Positions 1 through 8,164 of a DNA stretch of 64,000 bases are shown here, piece after piece. The stretch lies in NCBI GenBank assembly GCA_017516865.1, contig JAFXAU010000003.1:11909-75908 (forward strand), in the 5' to 3' direction. A model generated the notes under the pieces. That model worked only from the letters and a program-made list of their open reading frames with translations. It did no database searches and was not told where the DNA came from. Each line of letters begins with the position of its first letter. Within the stretch, counting starts at the first letter, position 1. The translations under genes were made by a program, and so were the position numbers. The stretch comes from Bacteroidales bacterium (GTDB lineage Bacteria; Bacteroidota; Bacteroidia; Bacteroidales; UBA1715).

Positions 1-177
1 ACGGTAATAGGTGGCTCGACCAACTCCAGCTTTTTTTGTAATGTCGGTTATTGAAATATCCTCGAAAGATATGGTTTTCATAAGTGAAAATAAAGCTTTT
101 ACAATGTAATCTTCCAACTTGTCGTCGGATACTGATTCAACTGCTTTTTTGATACAATCAATATTCTTTTGTTTCAT
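1..177 (-). CDS. TetR/AcrR-family transcriptional regulator, first 59 codons only (runs off the window edge)
   Basis: Reverse-strand ATG at 175-177. Translation MKQKNIDCIKK...ISFEDISITDITKKAGVGRATYYR carries the TetR HTH signature. Divergent from the SDR gene at 270. Confidence 0.7.
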   Translation of the reverse strand, partial: MKQKNIDCIKKAVESVSDDKLEDYIVKALFSLMKTISFEDISITDITKKAGVGRATYYR

Positions 178-215
178 TTGTATATGTTTAGTTTGTTTTT
201 GATACAAATGTAATA

Positions 216-223
216 TATTTTTG
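216..223 (+). promoter_or_regulatory. Bacteroidetes-type -7 promoter box (TAttTTTG) for the SDR gene
   Basis: tatttttg matches TAnnTTTG about 47 nt upstream of the ATG at 270. Confidence 0.45.
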
Positions 224-269
224 CAAATATAAAACAAATGTGTTAGTTTTTATTAAAAAATATAAAATT

Positions 270-1283
270 ATGGCAAATATAGTGTATTTAGTGACAGGAG
301 CGGCAGGATTTTTAGGTGGAACAGTGTGTAGAAAACTTATTGAACGAGGCGAGCGTGTTCGTGCGTTTGTGTTGCCAAACGACCCTGCTATGCGGTTTGT
401 TCCAGCAGAAGCGGAAATTGTACAAGGAGATTTGACAAATAAAAAATCTTTGGAACGATTGTTCGATATTCCTGAAGGAAGTGAGTCAATTGTATTTCAC
501 ATAGCAAGCATTGTGACGGTTGATGCTGAATATAACCCAAAGGTGATGGACGTAAATGTTGGCGGAACCCAAAACATTATCGAGCTTTGTAAAAAACATT
601 CGGAATGTAGAAAACTCGTGTATTGCGGTTCCACAGGTTCTATTGCAGAACTACCCAAGGGACGAAAAATACAAGAACCTTCTTCGTTCAATGTGGAAGG
701 ATTGATGGACTGTTATAGTCAGTCAAAAGCATTGGCGGCTCAAGCAGTGTTAAATGCTGTAAAAACAGACAATCTCAATGCTTGCATCGTTTATCCGTCG
801 GGAATTATGGGCCCCGAAGATTTTGCGATAGGACATACGACTAAAACTATGCTTCAAATTATTCATGGTGAAATGCCTGTAGGAATTGATGGCTCTTTTA
901 ATCTTGTAGATGTAAGAGACCTTGCCGATGGTATTATTTCCGCTGCGGATAGGGGGAAAAAAGGTGAAGGTTATATTCTTGGGAATGAGGTCGTTTCGTT
1001 TAAAGAATTTGCTTCGTTGGTTTCGGAGGAAGCAAATTGTAAGAAAATGAAGTTTTTTATTCCTACGAAATGGGCATACGTAATGGCAAAAATTATGGAA
1101 AAACAGGCACATAAAAAGGGAACAAAACCAGTAATGACAAAATTTGCAGTGTATAATCTCGCCCGGAATAACGAATTTGATTCTTCAAAAGCTCGAAACG
1201 AGTTGGGTTACACGACACGAAGTTATCGTGAGACAGTGCACGATGAAATCAACTGGCTAAAAAGTGTTGGAAAAATCTCCTAA
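270..1283 (+). CDS. NAD(P)-dependent epimerase/dehydratase-family SDR (dihydroflavonol/cinnamoyl-CoA reductase-like)
   Basis: Rossmann motif VTGAAGFLGG directly after MANIVYL and a YSQSK (YxxxK) catalytic motif. The ATG at 270 is preferred over the ORF-track GTG at 240. Confidence 0.8.
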   Translation: MANIVYLVTGAAGFLGGTVCRKLIERGERVRAFVLPNDPAMRFVPAEAEIVQGDLTNKKSLERLFDIPEGSESIVFHIASIVTVDAEYNPKVMDVNVGGTQNIIELCKKHSECRKLVYCGSTGSIAELPKGRKIQEPSSFNVEGLMDCYSQSKALAAQAVLNAVKTDNLNACIVYPSGIMGPEDFAIGHTTKTMLQIIHGEMPVGIDGSFNLVDVRDLADGIISAADRGKKGEGYILGNEVVSFKEFASLVSEEANCKKMKFFIPTKWAYVMAKIMEKQAHKKGTKPVMTKFAVYNLARNNEFDSSKARNELGYTTRSYRETVHDEINWLKSVGKIS

Positions 1284-1292
1284 GTAGAGTTG

Positions 1293-1709
1293 TCATTGCT
1301 TCATCTTCCCAAACATCGCCTTCATCATCTCCTTGTCCATCGGCTGCATAGTGTTGAGTTTGAGCGATTTCACCATTTTGAGCGTACCTTGTTTGTATTT
1401 CTGGAAATGGTCGGTTTTCAGGTGAGCCTGATAGACGGCGTCGTTGGCGTAGATTTCGAGAATGCGGATTTGGCACGAGTCGGCAGGGTCCTGCATCGGA
1501 AACAGGCAGATAACGCCTGGCTCACGCTCCACCGACAGACGGTCAACCTCGGTGGCATACGAAAGGTATTCGCTCAAATATTCGGGATAGACCTCGATTT
1601 CGGCAATGCGGACAATCAATCCGTCAGTGCCTTGCGTGCTGATAACTTTCTGTGACATAACCATTTCTGCTGACATAATCAATGTTATGAGTACGAAATA
1701 CTTTTTCAT
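1293..1709 (-). CDS. Secreted ABM (antibiotic-biosynthesis-monooxygenase-like) domain protein
   Basis: Hydrophobic N-terminal signal MKKYFVLITLIMSAEMVMS followed by an ABM-like core (IAEIEVYPEYL...LEIYANDAVYQAHLKTDHFQKYK). Lies 3 nt downstream of the DXS-like gene. Confidence 0.55.
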   Translation of the reverse strand: MKKYFVLITLIMSAEMVMSQKVISTQGTDGLIVRIAEIEVYPEYLSEYLSYATEVDRLSVEREPGVICLFPMQDPADSCQIRILEIYANDAVYQAHLKTDHFQKYKQGTLKMVKSLKLNTMQPMDKEMMKAMFGKMKQ

Positions 1710-1712
1710 TGG

Positions 1713-3467
1713 CTATACAAATTTCTTCACTCTTTCAACAATCTTTTCCGCCGTAATTCCCAACGATTCAAGCAGTTGCTGCGGATTGTAGCGGTCGTAG
1801 AATTTTTTTTCAAGTCCAAGATTGATTACCTTCATATCCGACGGACCGTAGTACGACGCAATTTTTTCACCGAAACCGCCGTCCACAATGCCGTCTTCCA
1901 ACGTGACGACAAGGCTGTGGCGTGATTTCAGATTCTCCAAAAGTTCTTTGTCCAAGCCACTTCCAAACCTCGGATTGACAAGTGTCGGCTTGAGTCCAAG
2001 TTCCTTTTCGATGGCTGCGGCTGCATCTTCGCCTTTCTGATAGAAATCGCCAAGGGCAATGATGGCGACTTTCTCGCCTTGCTGTTCCACCTTGTATTTG
2101 TTGATGTCGCCGAACGATTTATCCGCCGCACGGTGAGCCACCGCATTGCCAGGAATCAGAATCAAAACGGGGTGTTCCTTTTGGTCGATGGACCAGTCGA
2201 GCATATTGACGTACTCTTCGGCACTCGACGGGCAGAGCACCACCAAATTAGGTATGTTGGTGAAGGCTGCCAAACCGAAGATTCCGAGGTGCGTCACGTC
2301 AGTGAGTCCGTCGAAAGCGGTGAAATTCATTAGCATTGTCACGGGTGCGTTGTTGATGCACACGTCCTGCGAAATTTGGTCGTAGGCACGCTGAAGGAAC
2401 GTCATATTGGTGACAACCAATGGCTTGGCGCCGTTAGTGGCAATGCCCGACGCAATGGCAACAGCGGCTCCTTCGGCAATACCCGTGTCGATGTACTGAC
2501 GGCCGAGTTGCTTGCGTTCCTCAATTCCCAAACCAACCGACATAGGCATAGCGGGCGACACGACAATGAAATCCTTATCTTTTCGAGCCTTGTCCATAAT
2601 GTATTTTGTGGTGATGTCCGAATAGGATTCGCCACTGCCGAAATCTACGGTCGGCTTGCCCGTAGCACGGTCGAACGGCATACACCAGTGCCAGGCCTCA
2701 CGGTTTTCCTCAGCCAAGCGGTAGCCTTTGCCTTTCTGCGTATGTATGTGTACGACAACGGGTTGCGTTGAGTCTTTCACTTTCTCAAACACCTTGATGA
2801 GCGATGCGATGTCGTTGCCGTTTTCCTCGTAGATGTAGTCCAACCCGAACGCACGGAACCAATTGTTTTGCGCTTTGCCGTTGCTATTACGCAATTCTTT
2901 TAGATTCTGATAGATACCGCCGTGAGTTTCGGCAATGGCCTGTTCGTTATCGTTGACAATGATGATGAAATTGCTGCCCAGTTCCGAACCAGCCACGTTG
3001 AGTGCTTCCATAGCCTCGCCGCCCGAGAGCGAGCCGTCGCCTATTACCGCCACAATGTTCTCTTTTCTGTCCAGAATGTCGCGACCTTTTGCAAGTCCAA
3101 GTGCAAGTGCCACCGACGTTGACGTATGTCCGATGTTGAAGAAGTCGTGTTTGCTTTCCTCGGGGTTTGAATATCCCGAATCTTCGGCAAACCTTGTGTC
3201 GTCGATATAACCTGCTTTGCGACCCGTGAGAATTTTGTGGGTGTAACTTTGGTGCGAAACGTCGAAAACGAACTTGTCCGTCGGCGAGTTGAACACATAG
3301 TGCATAGCGATGGTTGCCTCTACAAATCCGAAGTTAGGGCCGAAGTGTCCGCCGATTTTAGTCAGGCGGTTGAACAATGCCTCGCGAATTTCGTCCGCAA
3401 GACGTTCCATATCATTGACCGACAGATTTTTAACGTCGGCAGGTGAGTTGATTTTGTCTAATATCAT
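1713..3467 (-). CDS. 1-deoxy-D-xylulose-5-phosphate synthase-like / transketolase-family TPP enzyme (short paralogue, 584 aa)
   Basis: N-terminus MILDKINSPADVKNLS...LADEIR is typical of DXS. TPP-binding segment VIGDGSLSGGEAMEALN...IIIVNDN is present. Shorter than canonical DXS. Confidence 0.7.
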   Translation of the reverse strand: MILDKINSPADVKNLSVNDMERLADEIREALFNRLTKIGGHFGPNFGFVEATIAMHYVFNSPTDKFVFDVSHQSYTHKILTGRKAGYIDDTRFAEDSGYSNPEESKHDFFNIGHTSTSVALALGLAKGRDILDRKENIVAVIGDGSLSGGEAMEALNVAGSELGSNFIIIVNDNEQAIAETHGGIYQNLKELRNSNGKAQNNWFRAFGLDYIYEENGNDIASLIKVFEKVKDSTQPVVVHIHTQKGKGYRLAEENREAWHWCMPFDRATGKPTVDFGSGESYSDITTKYIMDKARKDKDFIVVSPAMPMSVGLGIEERKQLGRQYIDTGIAEGAAVAIASGIATNGAKPLVVTNMTFLQRAYDQISQDVCINNAPVTMLMNFTAFDGLTDVTHLGIFGLAAFTNIPNLVVLCPSSAEEYVNMLDWSIDQKEHPVLILIPGNAVAHRAADKSFGDINKYKVEQQGEKVAIIALGDFYQKGEDAAAAIEKELGLKPTLVNPRFGSGLDKELLENLKSRHSLVVTLEDGIVDGGFGEKIASYYGPSDMKVINLGLEKKFYDRYNPQQLLESLGITAEKIVERVKKFV

Positions 3468-3520
3468 ATTGTATAAGAATTAACCACAACAGTGGATTAG
3501 TTTAAACATCATTTATTTAC

Positions 3521-3578
3521 ATGCAAAAGTACATTTAATTCCCATTCGTACAGAAAACATAATTCGGGAAAAATTACC
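3521..3578. repeat. Left copy of a ~55-bp direct repeat flanking the ATPase gene
   Basis: atgcaaaagtacatttaattcccattcgtacagaaaacataattcgggaaaaa matches 5268-5325 with 1 indel and about 5 mismatches. Confidence 0.8.
3524..3531 (-). promoter_or_regulatory. -7 promoter box (reverse complement TActTTTG) for the DXS-like operon
   Basis: caaaagta on the plus strand equals TAnnTTTG on the minus strand, 57 nt upstream of the start at 3467. Confidence 0.45.
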
Positions 3579-3588
3579 AATATTTCGG
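3563..3588 (-). promoter_or_regulatory. Direct repeat TTCGG-N16-TTCGG (21-bp spacing), candidate AraC-type activator site
   Basis: ttcgggaaaaattaccaatatttcgg begins 39 nt distal to the -7 box. The same architecture occurs at 13803, 27977 and 34154. Confidence 0.35.
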
Positions 3589-3818
3589 ATGGGGATTCTA
3601 TATAAGACAGTCACCTTCCTGGTTTCCCAAAAATGTTTAGGACGAAATATATTGGTTACTCCAAAATGTTGGGGCGTTATGGTATTATAAATCGCCAAAT
3701 ACAATAATAATTTGCGAGTTTGGCAGATTATAATGTGATAATTCACCAAACTAAATAAAGATTTGTGAGTTTGGCGGATTATACATATATTTGCAACATA
3801 AAACTAAAGCAAAAAGAT

Positions 3819-5243
3819 ATGGAAAAAATTATCGGCAGAGATACAGAGCGCAAGGCACTTAGCCGTTTTATGAAATCGGGGAAAGCCGAGTTTGTGGCTC
3901 TTTATGGACGGCGACGTGTAGGCAAAACATTCCTTGTAAAACAATATTTCAACTCCAAGTTTGATTTTTACATGTCGGGAACAATAGGGGCGCCTATGTC
4001 AGTGCAACTCAGTAATTTCCGCGAAGGACTTATCAATGCTAGTCTTTCTAATGCAAAAATTCCGGCTAATTGGCAAGAAGCGTTTATGACATTGCAACAT
4101 TTACTCGAATCCAAAATGGATAAGAATCGCCGTTGCATTATTTTTATTGATGAAATTCCGTGTCTTGATACTCCGAAATCAGGTTTTACAGGGGCATTAG
4201 ACCATTTTTGGAATACGTGGTGCTCTGATCATAGTAATGTCATGCTAATCATTTGTGGTTCTGCAACTTCATGGATTATAAAAAACATAATTGACAACCA
4301 TGGTGGTCTGCACAATCGAATAACACATGAGATGTATCTGCGTCCTTTCACACTTGGCGAAACGGAGCTGTATCTAAATGAAAATGGGTTCGACTACGGT
4401 CGTTTTGATATTTGCCAATTATATATGGCAACGGGCGGTGTGCCCTACTACCTCAGTCTATTGAACAACAGCAAAAGTGTCGCACAAAATATTGATGCAT
4501 TGTTCTTTGGTCGAGATGCACATCTTAATAATGAATTTGAAAGACTGTTCAAATCGCTTTTCAAAAAAGCAGAGCCGTATATACAAGTGATTGAGACTTT
4601 GGCTTCATCTATATATGGCATGTCGCGCGATGAAATTGTCGAAAAAACAAGAATTACTTCTGGCTCACAATTGACATTGATACTCAGAGATTTGGAAAAT
4701 TGTGATTTTATTCGCCATTTTCGCACTCGTGGGAAAAAAATCCGTGAAAATCAGCACATCTATCAGATAATAGATATGTTTACGATGTTTCATTTCAGAT
4801 TTTGCCGCAAAGAAACTACCGACGAAAATTTTTGGCAAAACTCCATCAATACTCCTGCAGTAAACGCTTGGGCAGGTCTTGCATTTGAGAGAATATGCTT
4901 TTTGCACATTCCTCAGATTAAAAAGGCGTTGGGCATTGACCGCATTCGTACTGAATATTACTCGTGGCGTAGCACTATCACTGAACCGAAATCGCAAATA
5001 GACCTTGCCATCGAACGAGCCGACCGTATGATAAACATCTGTGAGATAAAATTTTGCGATGCGCCATATTCAATTTCAAAAGACGAAGACATGAAACTCC
5101 GCATACGCCTTTCAAACTTCAAAACCGAAACTGGCACACGCCTCGGGCTTTTGCTGACAATGATTACCCCTTTTGGTATCACACAAGGCAAATACAGTGG
5201 ACAAGTGAAAGATGTTGTGACAATGGAAGAACTATTTGGCTGA
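3819..5243 (+). CDS. ATP-binding protein (archaeal-type AAA ATPase with DUF234-like C-terminus)
   Basis: Walker A LYGRRRVGKTF and Walker B IIFIDEIP. The ATG at 3819 (MEKIIGRDTERK) follows tatatttg at about 3785. The ORF-track start at 3765 is less likely. Confidence 0.7.
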   Translation: MEKIIGRDTERKALSRFMKSGKAEFVALYGRRRVGKTFLVKQYFNSKFDFYMSGTIGAPMSVQLSNFREGLINASLSNAKIPANWQEAFMTLQHLLESKMDKNRRCIIFIDEIPCLDTPKSGFTGALDHFWNTWCSDHSNVMLIICGSATSWIIKNIIDNHGGLHNRITHEMYLRPFTLGETELYLNENGFDYGRFDICQLYMATGGVPYYLSLLNNSKSVAQNIDALFFGRDAHLNNEFERLFKSLFKKAEPYIQVIETLASSIYGMSRDEIVEKTRITSGSQLTLILRDLENCDFIRHFRTRGKKIRENQHIYQIIDMFTMFHFRFCRKETTDENFWQNSINTPAVNAWAGLAFERICFLHIPQIKKALGIDRIRTEYYSWRSTITEPKSQIDLAIERADRMINICEIKFCDAPYSISKDEDMKLRIRLSNFKTETGTRLGLLLTMITPFGITQGKYSGQVKDVVTMEELFG

Positions 5244-5267
5244 AATATCAATCGTTCAGTTATGTAT

Positions 5268-5325
5268 ATGCAAAAGTATCATTTAATTCCCATTCGCGCG
5301 GAAAATGTAATTCGGGAAAAAACTG
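5268..5325. repeat. Right copy of the ~55-bp direct repeat flanking the ATPase gene
   Basis: atgcaaaagtatcatttaattcccattcgcgcggaaaatgtaattcgggaaaaa. See 3521-3578. Confidence 0.8.
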
Positions 5326-5378
5326 AAAAAAGACATAAATTGGAAATTATAGTTTTTACAAATTAACTTTAAAACAAA

Positions 5379-7586
5379 ATGCGAATCCTTCTCATCATCC
5401 ACGGTTATCCGCCGTATTATATGGCGGGAAGTGAAGTTTACACTTACAACCTCGCCCGCGAACTCGCAACGAACAACGAGGTGTTTGTTTTTTGCAGATT
5501 TGAGGACAAGACTGTGCCATTGTATCATTATTATGATACTACCGATGACGGCGTAAATATCAGATACATCAACAATTACGAACCGCAAAATGCGACTTTC
5601 TATGATAAATATCTCAATCCGAAAATCGACGATATGTTTCGTGATTATGTGCGTGAGATTAAGCCCGATGTGGTGCATATCGGACACCTGTCGCACCTTT
5701 CAACGCAGATTCCTATAATTGCTAAACGTGAGTTTGGACTACCGGTATTGTTCACAATTCACGATTTTTGGATGTTTTGTCATCGAGGACAATTGATTAA
5801 TCCAAAAAATTGGGAAATTTGTCCGCTGTCGAATGTGAAACAATGCACCGACTGCGCAAGATTTCATTACAACAATCCCACGTTTGAAGAGCGTCTGATT
5901 GAGGAACGAGACGCACATATCAGGAACGTAATGGATTGTATTGATGTGTTTTTCGCGCCGTCGCACACTCTCGAAAAGTTTTTTATCGATATGGGTGTCA
6001 AGAAGGAAAAAGTGTTTTATTCAAAATACGGATTCAACGTTTCAAAAATCCAGAAACACCCGAAACAACTCCACGAAACCATCACTTTTGGTTTTACGGG
6101 AAGGATAATCCACACCAAGGGCGTGCATCTTTTGTGCGAGGCTTTCAGCAAGGTTAATGGCAATGCGCGACTTGTGATTTGGGGCGATGCCAACAGTGAA
6201 TATGGCAGGGATTTGATGACAAAATACTCGGGAAAAAACATCGAATTTAAAGGTCGTTATCACAATGATAATTTGCAGCAAGTGCTTGATTCATTTGATG
6301 TTCTGGTTTGTCCGTCAATTTGGCTTGAAAATGCTCCGCTTGTAATTCAAGAGGCACAAGCCGCAGATCTTCCAGTACTTGTGAGCGACCGTGGCGGAAT
6401 GGCGGAACTTGTTCACTATGGCGAAGATGGATTCACATTTTCACTTGGCAGTGCAGACGATTTGCGTGCAAAAATGCAGGATATTGTTGACAATCCGCAA
6501 AAACTTTTGGCTCTAAAACCGCCAATTGAAAAAGTGCGTTCGATACCCGACGATGCCGCATTTTGTATGCAAAAATACAACGAATTATCTAAAAATCAGG
6601 TAGTTTATCCGCACCGTCCGAGTCCGTGGCGTGTAACTTTCATCACCAATCCCGACAAATGCAACCTGCATTGCAAAATGTGCGACACATTTTCGGCTGA
6701 CAACAGACACAGACTCAAAGAGTTGCTCCGTCCCGAACTGGATTTTTCGGTGATTGAAAAAACGGTGAATCTTCTTTCGCCGCACGGTCTCAGGGAAATT
6801 ATTCCTTCTACAATGGGCGAACCGTTGTTGTACACTCATTTTGCGCAACTTGTGGAATTGTGCCGCAAAAATAACGTCAAAATGAACCTCACCACCAACG
6901 GCACTTTTCCAAAAGAAGGAGTTGATTTTGGGGCAGACAAATTGTTGGAAGTAATGTCGGATGTAAAATTCAGCATCAATGGCATCAATCCCGCTATAAA
7001 TGAGCAAATTATGTGCGGCATTGATACAGAAAAACAATTGCAAAACATTGAGTATTATTTGAAACGACGCAAAAATCTCGGCAGCAAAAGCACCGTAACG
7101 CTCCAATGCACTTTTATGAAATCGAATCTCTACGAACTCGAAACCATAATCCGTTGGGCTATCAACCACGGTGTTGACCGCGTAAAAGGTCATCACCTTT
7201 GGAAAACATCTGATTCATTGGATGTTGAGATGCTCAGAACCGCAGAAAATGCTCCGCTTTGGAACGAGGTTTGCGCCAAATGCCACGCCATTGCCGACGG
7301 CAAAATCAAGTTGGAAAATTTCACACCAATCGACCTTGCCGCTCCCGCCATCGATTCCGACGACACATTCTGTCAATTTCTCGGACAAGAACTTTGGATA
7401 GAATACGACGGGTCGTATCAAATATGTTGCTGTCCGTCAGAGGTTCGCAGAGAATTTGGCGATTTTGGCAACGTCAACAACCTTTCTCCGTTAGAAATGT
7501 GGAACGGCGAAAAATACCGCTCATTTATCGCCAATTGGGGCAACAGTGAAAATTGTAAAAAATGTAATATGAGGAGGAAAAGATAA
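5379..7586 (+). CDS. Fusion protein: GT4-family glycosyltransferase (N-terminal ~400 aa) + radical SAM enzyme with SPASM-type C-terminal Cys cluster
   Basis: N-terminus MRILLIIHGYPPYYMAGSEVY plus the ...ENAPLVIQEAQAADLPVLVSDRGGMAELV retaining-GT signature. CNLHCKMC (CxxxCxxC) lies at nt 6660-6683. C-terminal IEYDGSYQICCCP...CKKC is SPASM-like. Confidence 0.8.
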   Translation: MRILLIIHGYPPYYMAGSEVYTYNLARELATNNEVFVFCRFEDKTVPLYHYYDTTDDGVNIRYINNYEPQNATFYDKYLNPKIDDMFRDYVREIKPDVVHIGHLSHLSTQIPIIAKREFGLPVLFTIHDFWMFCHRGQLINPKNWEICPLSNVKQCTDCARFHYNNPTFEERLIEERDAHIRNVMDCIDVFFAPSHTLEKFFIDMGVKKEKVFYSKYGFNVSKIQKHPKQLHETITFGFTGRIIHTKGVHLLCEAFSKVNGNARLVIWGDANSEYGRDLMTKYSGKNIEFKGRYHNDNLQQVLDSFDVLVCPSIWLENAPLVIQEAQAADLPVLVSDRGGMAELVHYGEDGFTFSLGSADDLRAKMQDIVDNPQKLLALKPPIEKVRSIPDDAAFCMQKYNELSKNQVVYPHRPSPWRVTFITNPDKCNLHCKMCDTFSADNRHRLKELLRPELDFSVIEKTVNLLSPHGLREIIPSTMGEPLLYTHFAQLVELCRKNNVKMNLTTNGTFPKEGVDFGADKLLEVMSDVKFSINGINPAINEQIMCGIDTEKQLQNIEYYLKRRKNLGSKSTVTLQCTFMKSNLYELETIIRWAINHGVDRVKGHHLWKTSDSLDVEMLRTAENAPLWNEVCAKCHAIADGKIKLENFTPIDLAAPAIDSDDTFCQFLGQELWIEYDGSYQICCCPSEVRREFGDFGNVNNLSPLEMWNGEKYRSFIANWGNSENCKKCNMRRKR

Positions 7587-8161
7587 TGAAAACTGCATTT
7601 GTAATCAGACATTCCAACCGTGATTCGGTAACAAATCCCAAAAACCACGCTGAGGTGCTATTAAACGCCGAAGGTGAAAAACGCGCACGCGAATTTGGCA
7701 AAAAATTGGCGCAAGATTTTAAGAAAATTAGGATTTATTCAAGTCCGATTAAGAGGTGTATTCAGACCGGAAAATGTATTCAGGAGGCGTTTGACGATAA
7801 TTCAGATGTGCAATTGAGCACTGTGCTTGGCGAACCTGGACCATACGTTTTTGGCGATACAGCCGATTTGTTTGTAAAATTTGGCACAGTGGGCATTGTG
7901 GAAATGATCGAAAACGGAACGCCGCCGCCTTTTAACCGCAAAGAGGAAGAAGGTGCAAAAATTCTGTTGGATTTTCTGCGTACCGAAACCGACAAATCTG
8001 ACGAAATCACCGCCAATGTTTTCATTACGCACGATGCGTGCATTGCTCCTGTAATCCATTGTTTAACAGGTGAATATTTCGACAAAAACCATTGGATAGA
8101 GTTTCTCGGCGGCTTGAAAATTGAATTTGGCGAAGGATTGTTGAACATCAAAAGGATCTAA
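7586..8161 (+). CDS. Histidine phosphatase (phosphoglycerate-mutase superfamily) protein
   Basis: VIRHSNRD catalytic His motif at the N-terminus and a distal ITHDA His. The start overlaps the upstream stop (TAATG). Confidence 0.65.
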   Translation: MKTAFVIRHSNRDSVTNPKNHAEVLLNAEGEKRAREFGKKLAQDFKKIRIYSSPIKRCIQTGKCIQEAFDDNSDVQLSTVLGEPGPYVFGDTADLFVKFGTVGIVEMIENGTPPPFNRKEEEGAKILLDFLRTETDKSDEITANVFITHDACIAPVIHCLTGEYFDKNHWIEFLGGLKIEFGEGLLNIKRI

Positions 8162-8164
8162 ATT

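Noticed and set aside
5283-5696. 137-aa minus-strand ORF overlapping the start of the GT-rSAM gene
   Set aside because: It overlaps a strongly supported gene. It begins in the duplicated promoter repeat, and its translation has no features.
6585-7196. 203-aa minus-strand ORF inside the radical SAM half of the GT-rSAM gene
   Set aside because: It is a shadow ORF. The plus-strand frame carries the CxxxCxxC and SPASM motifs continuously.
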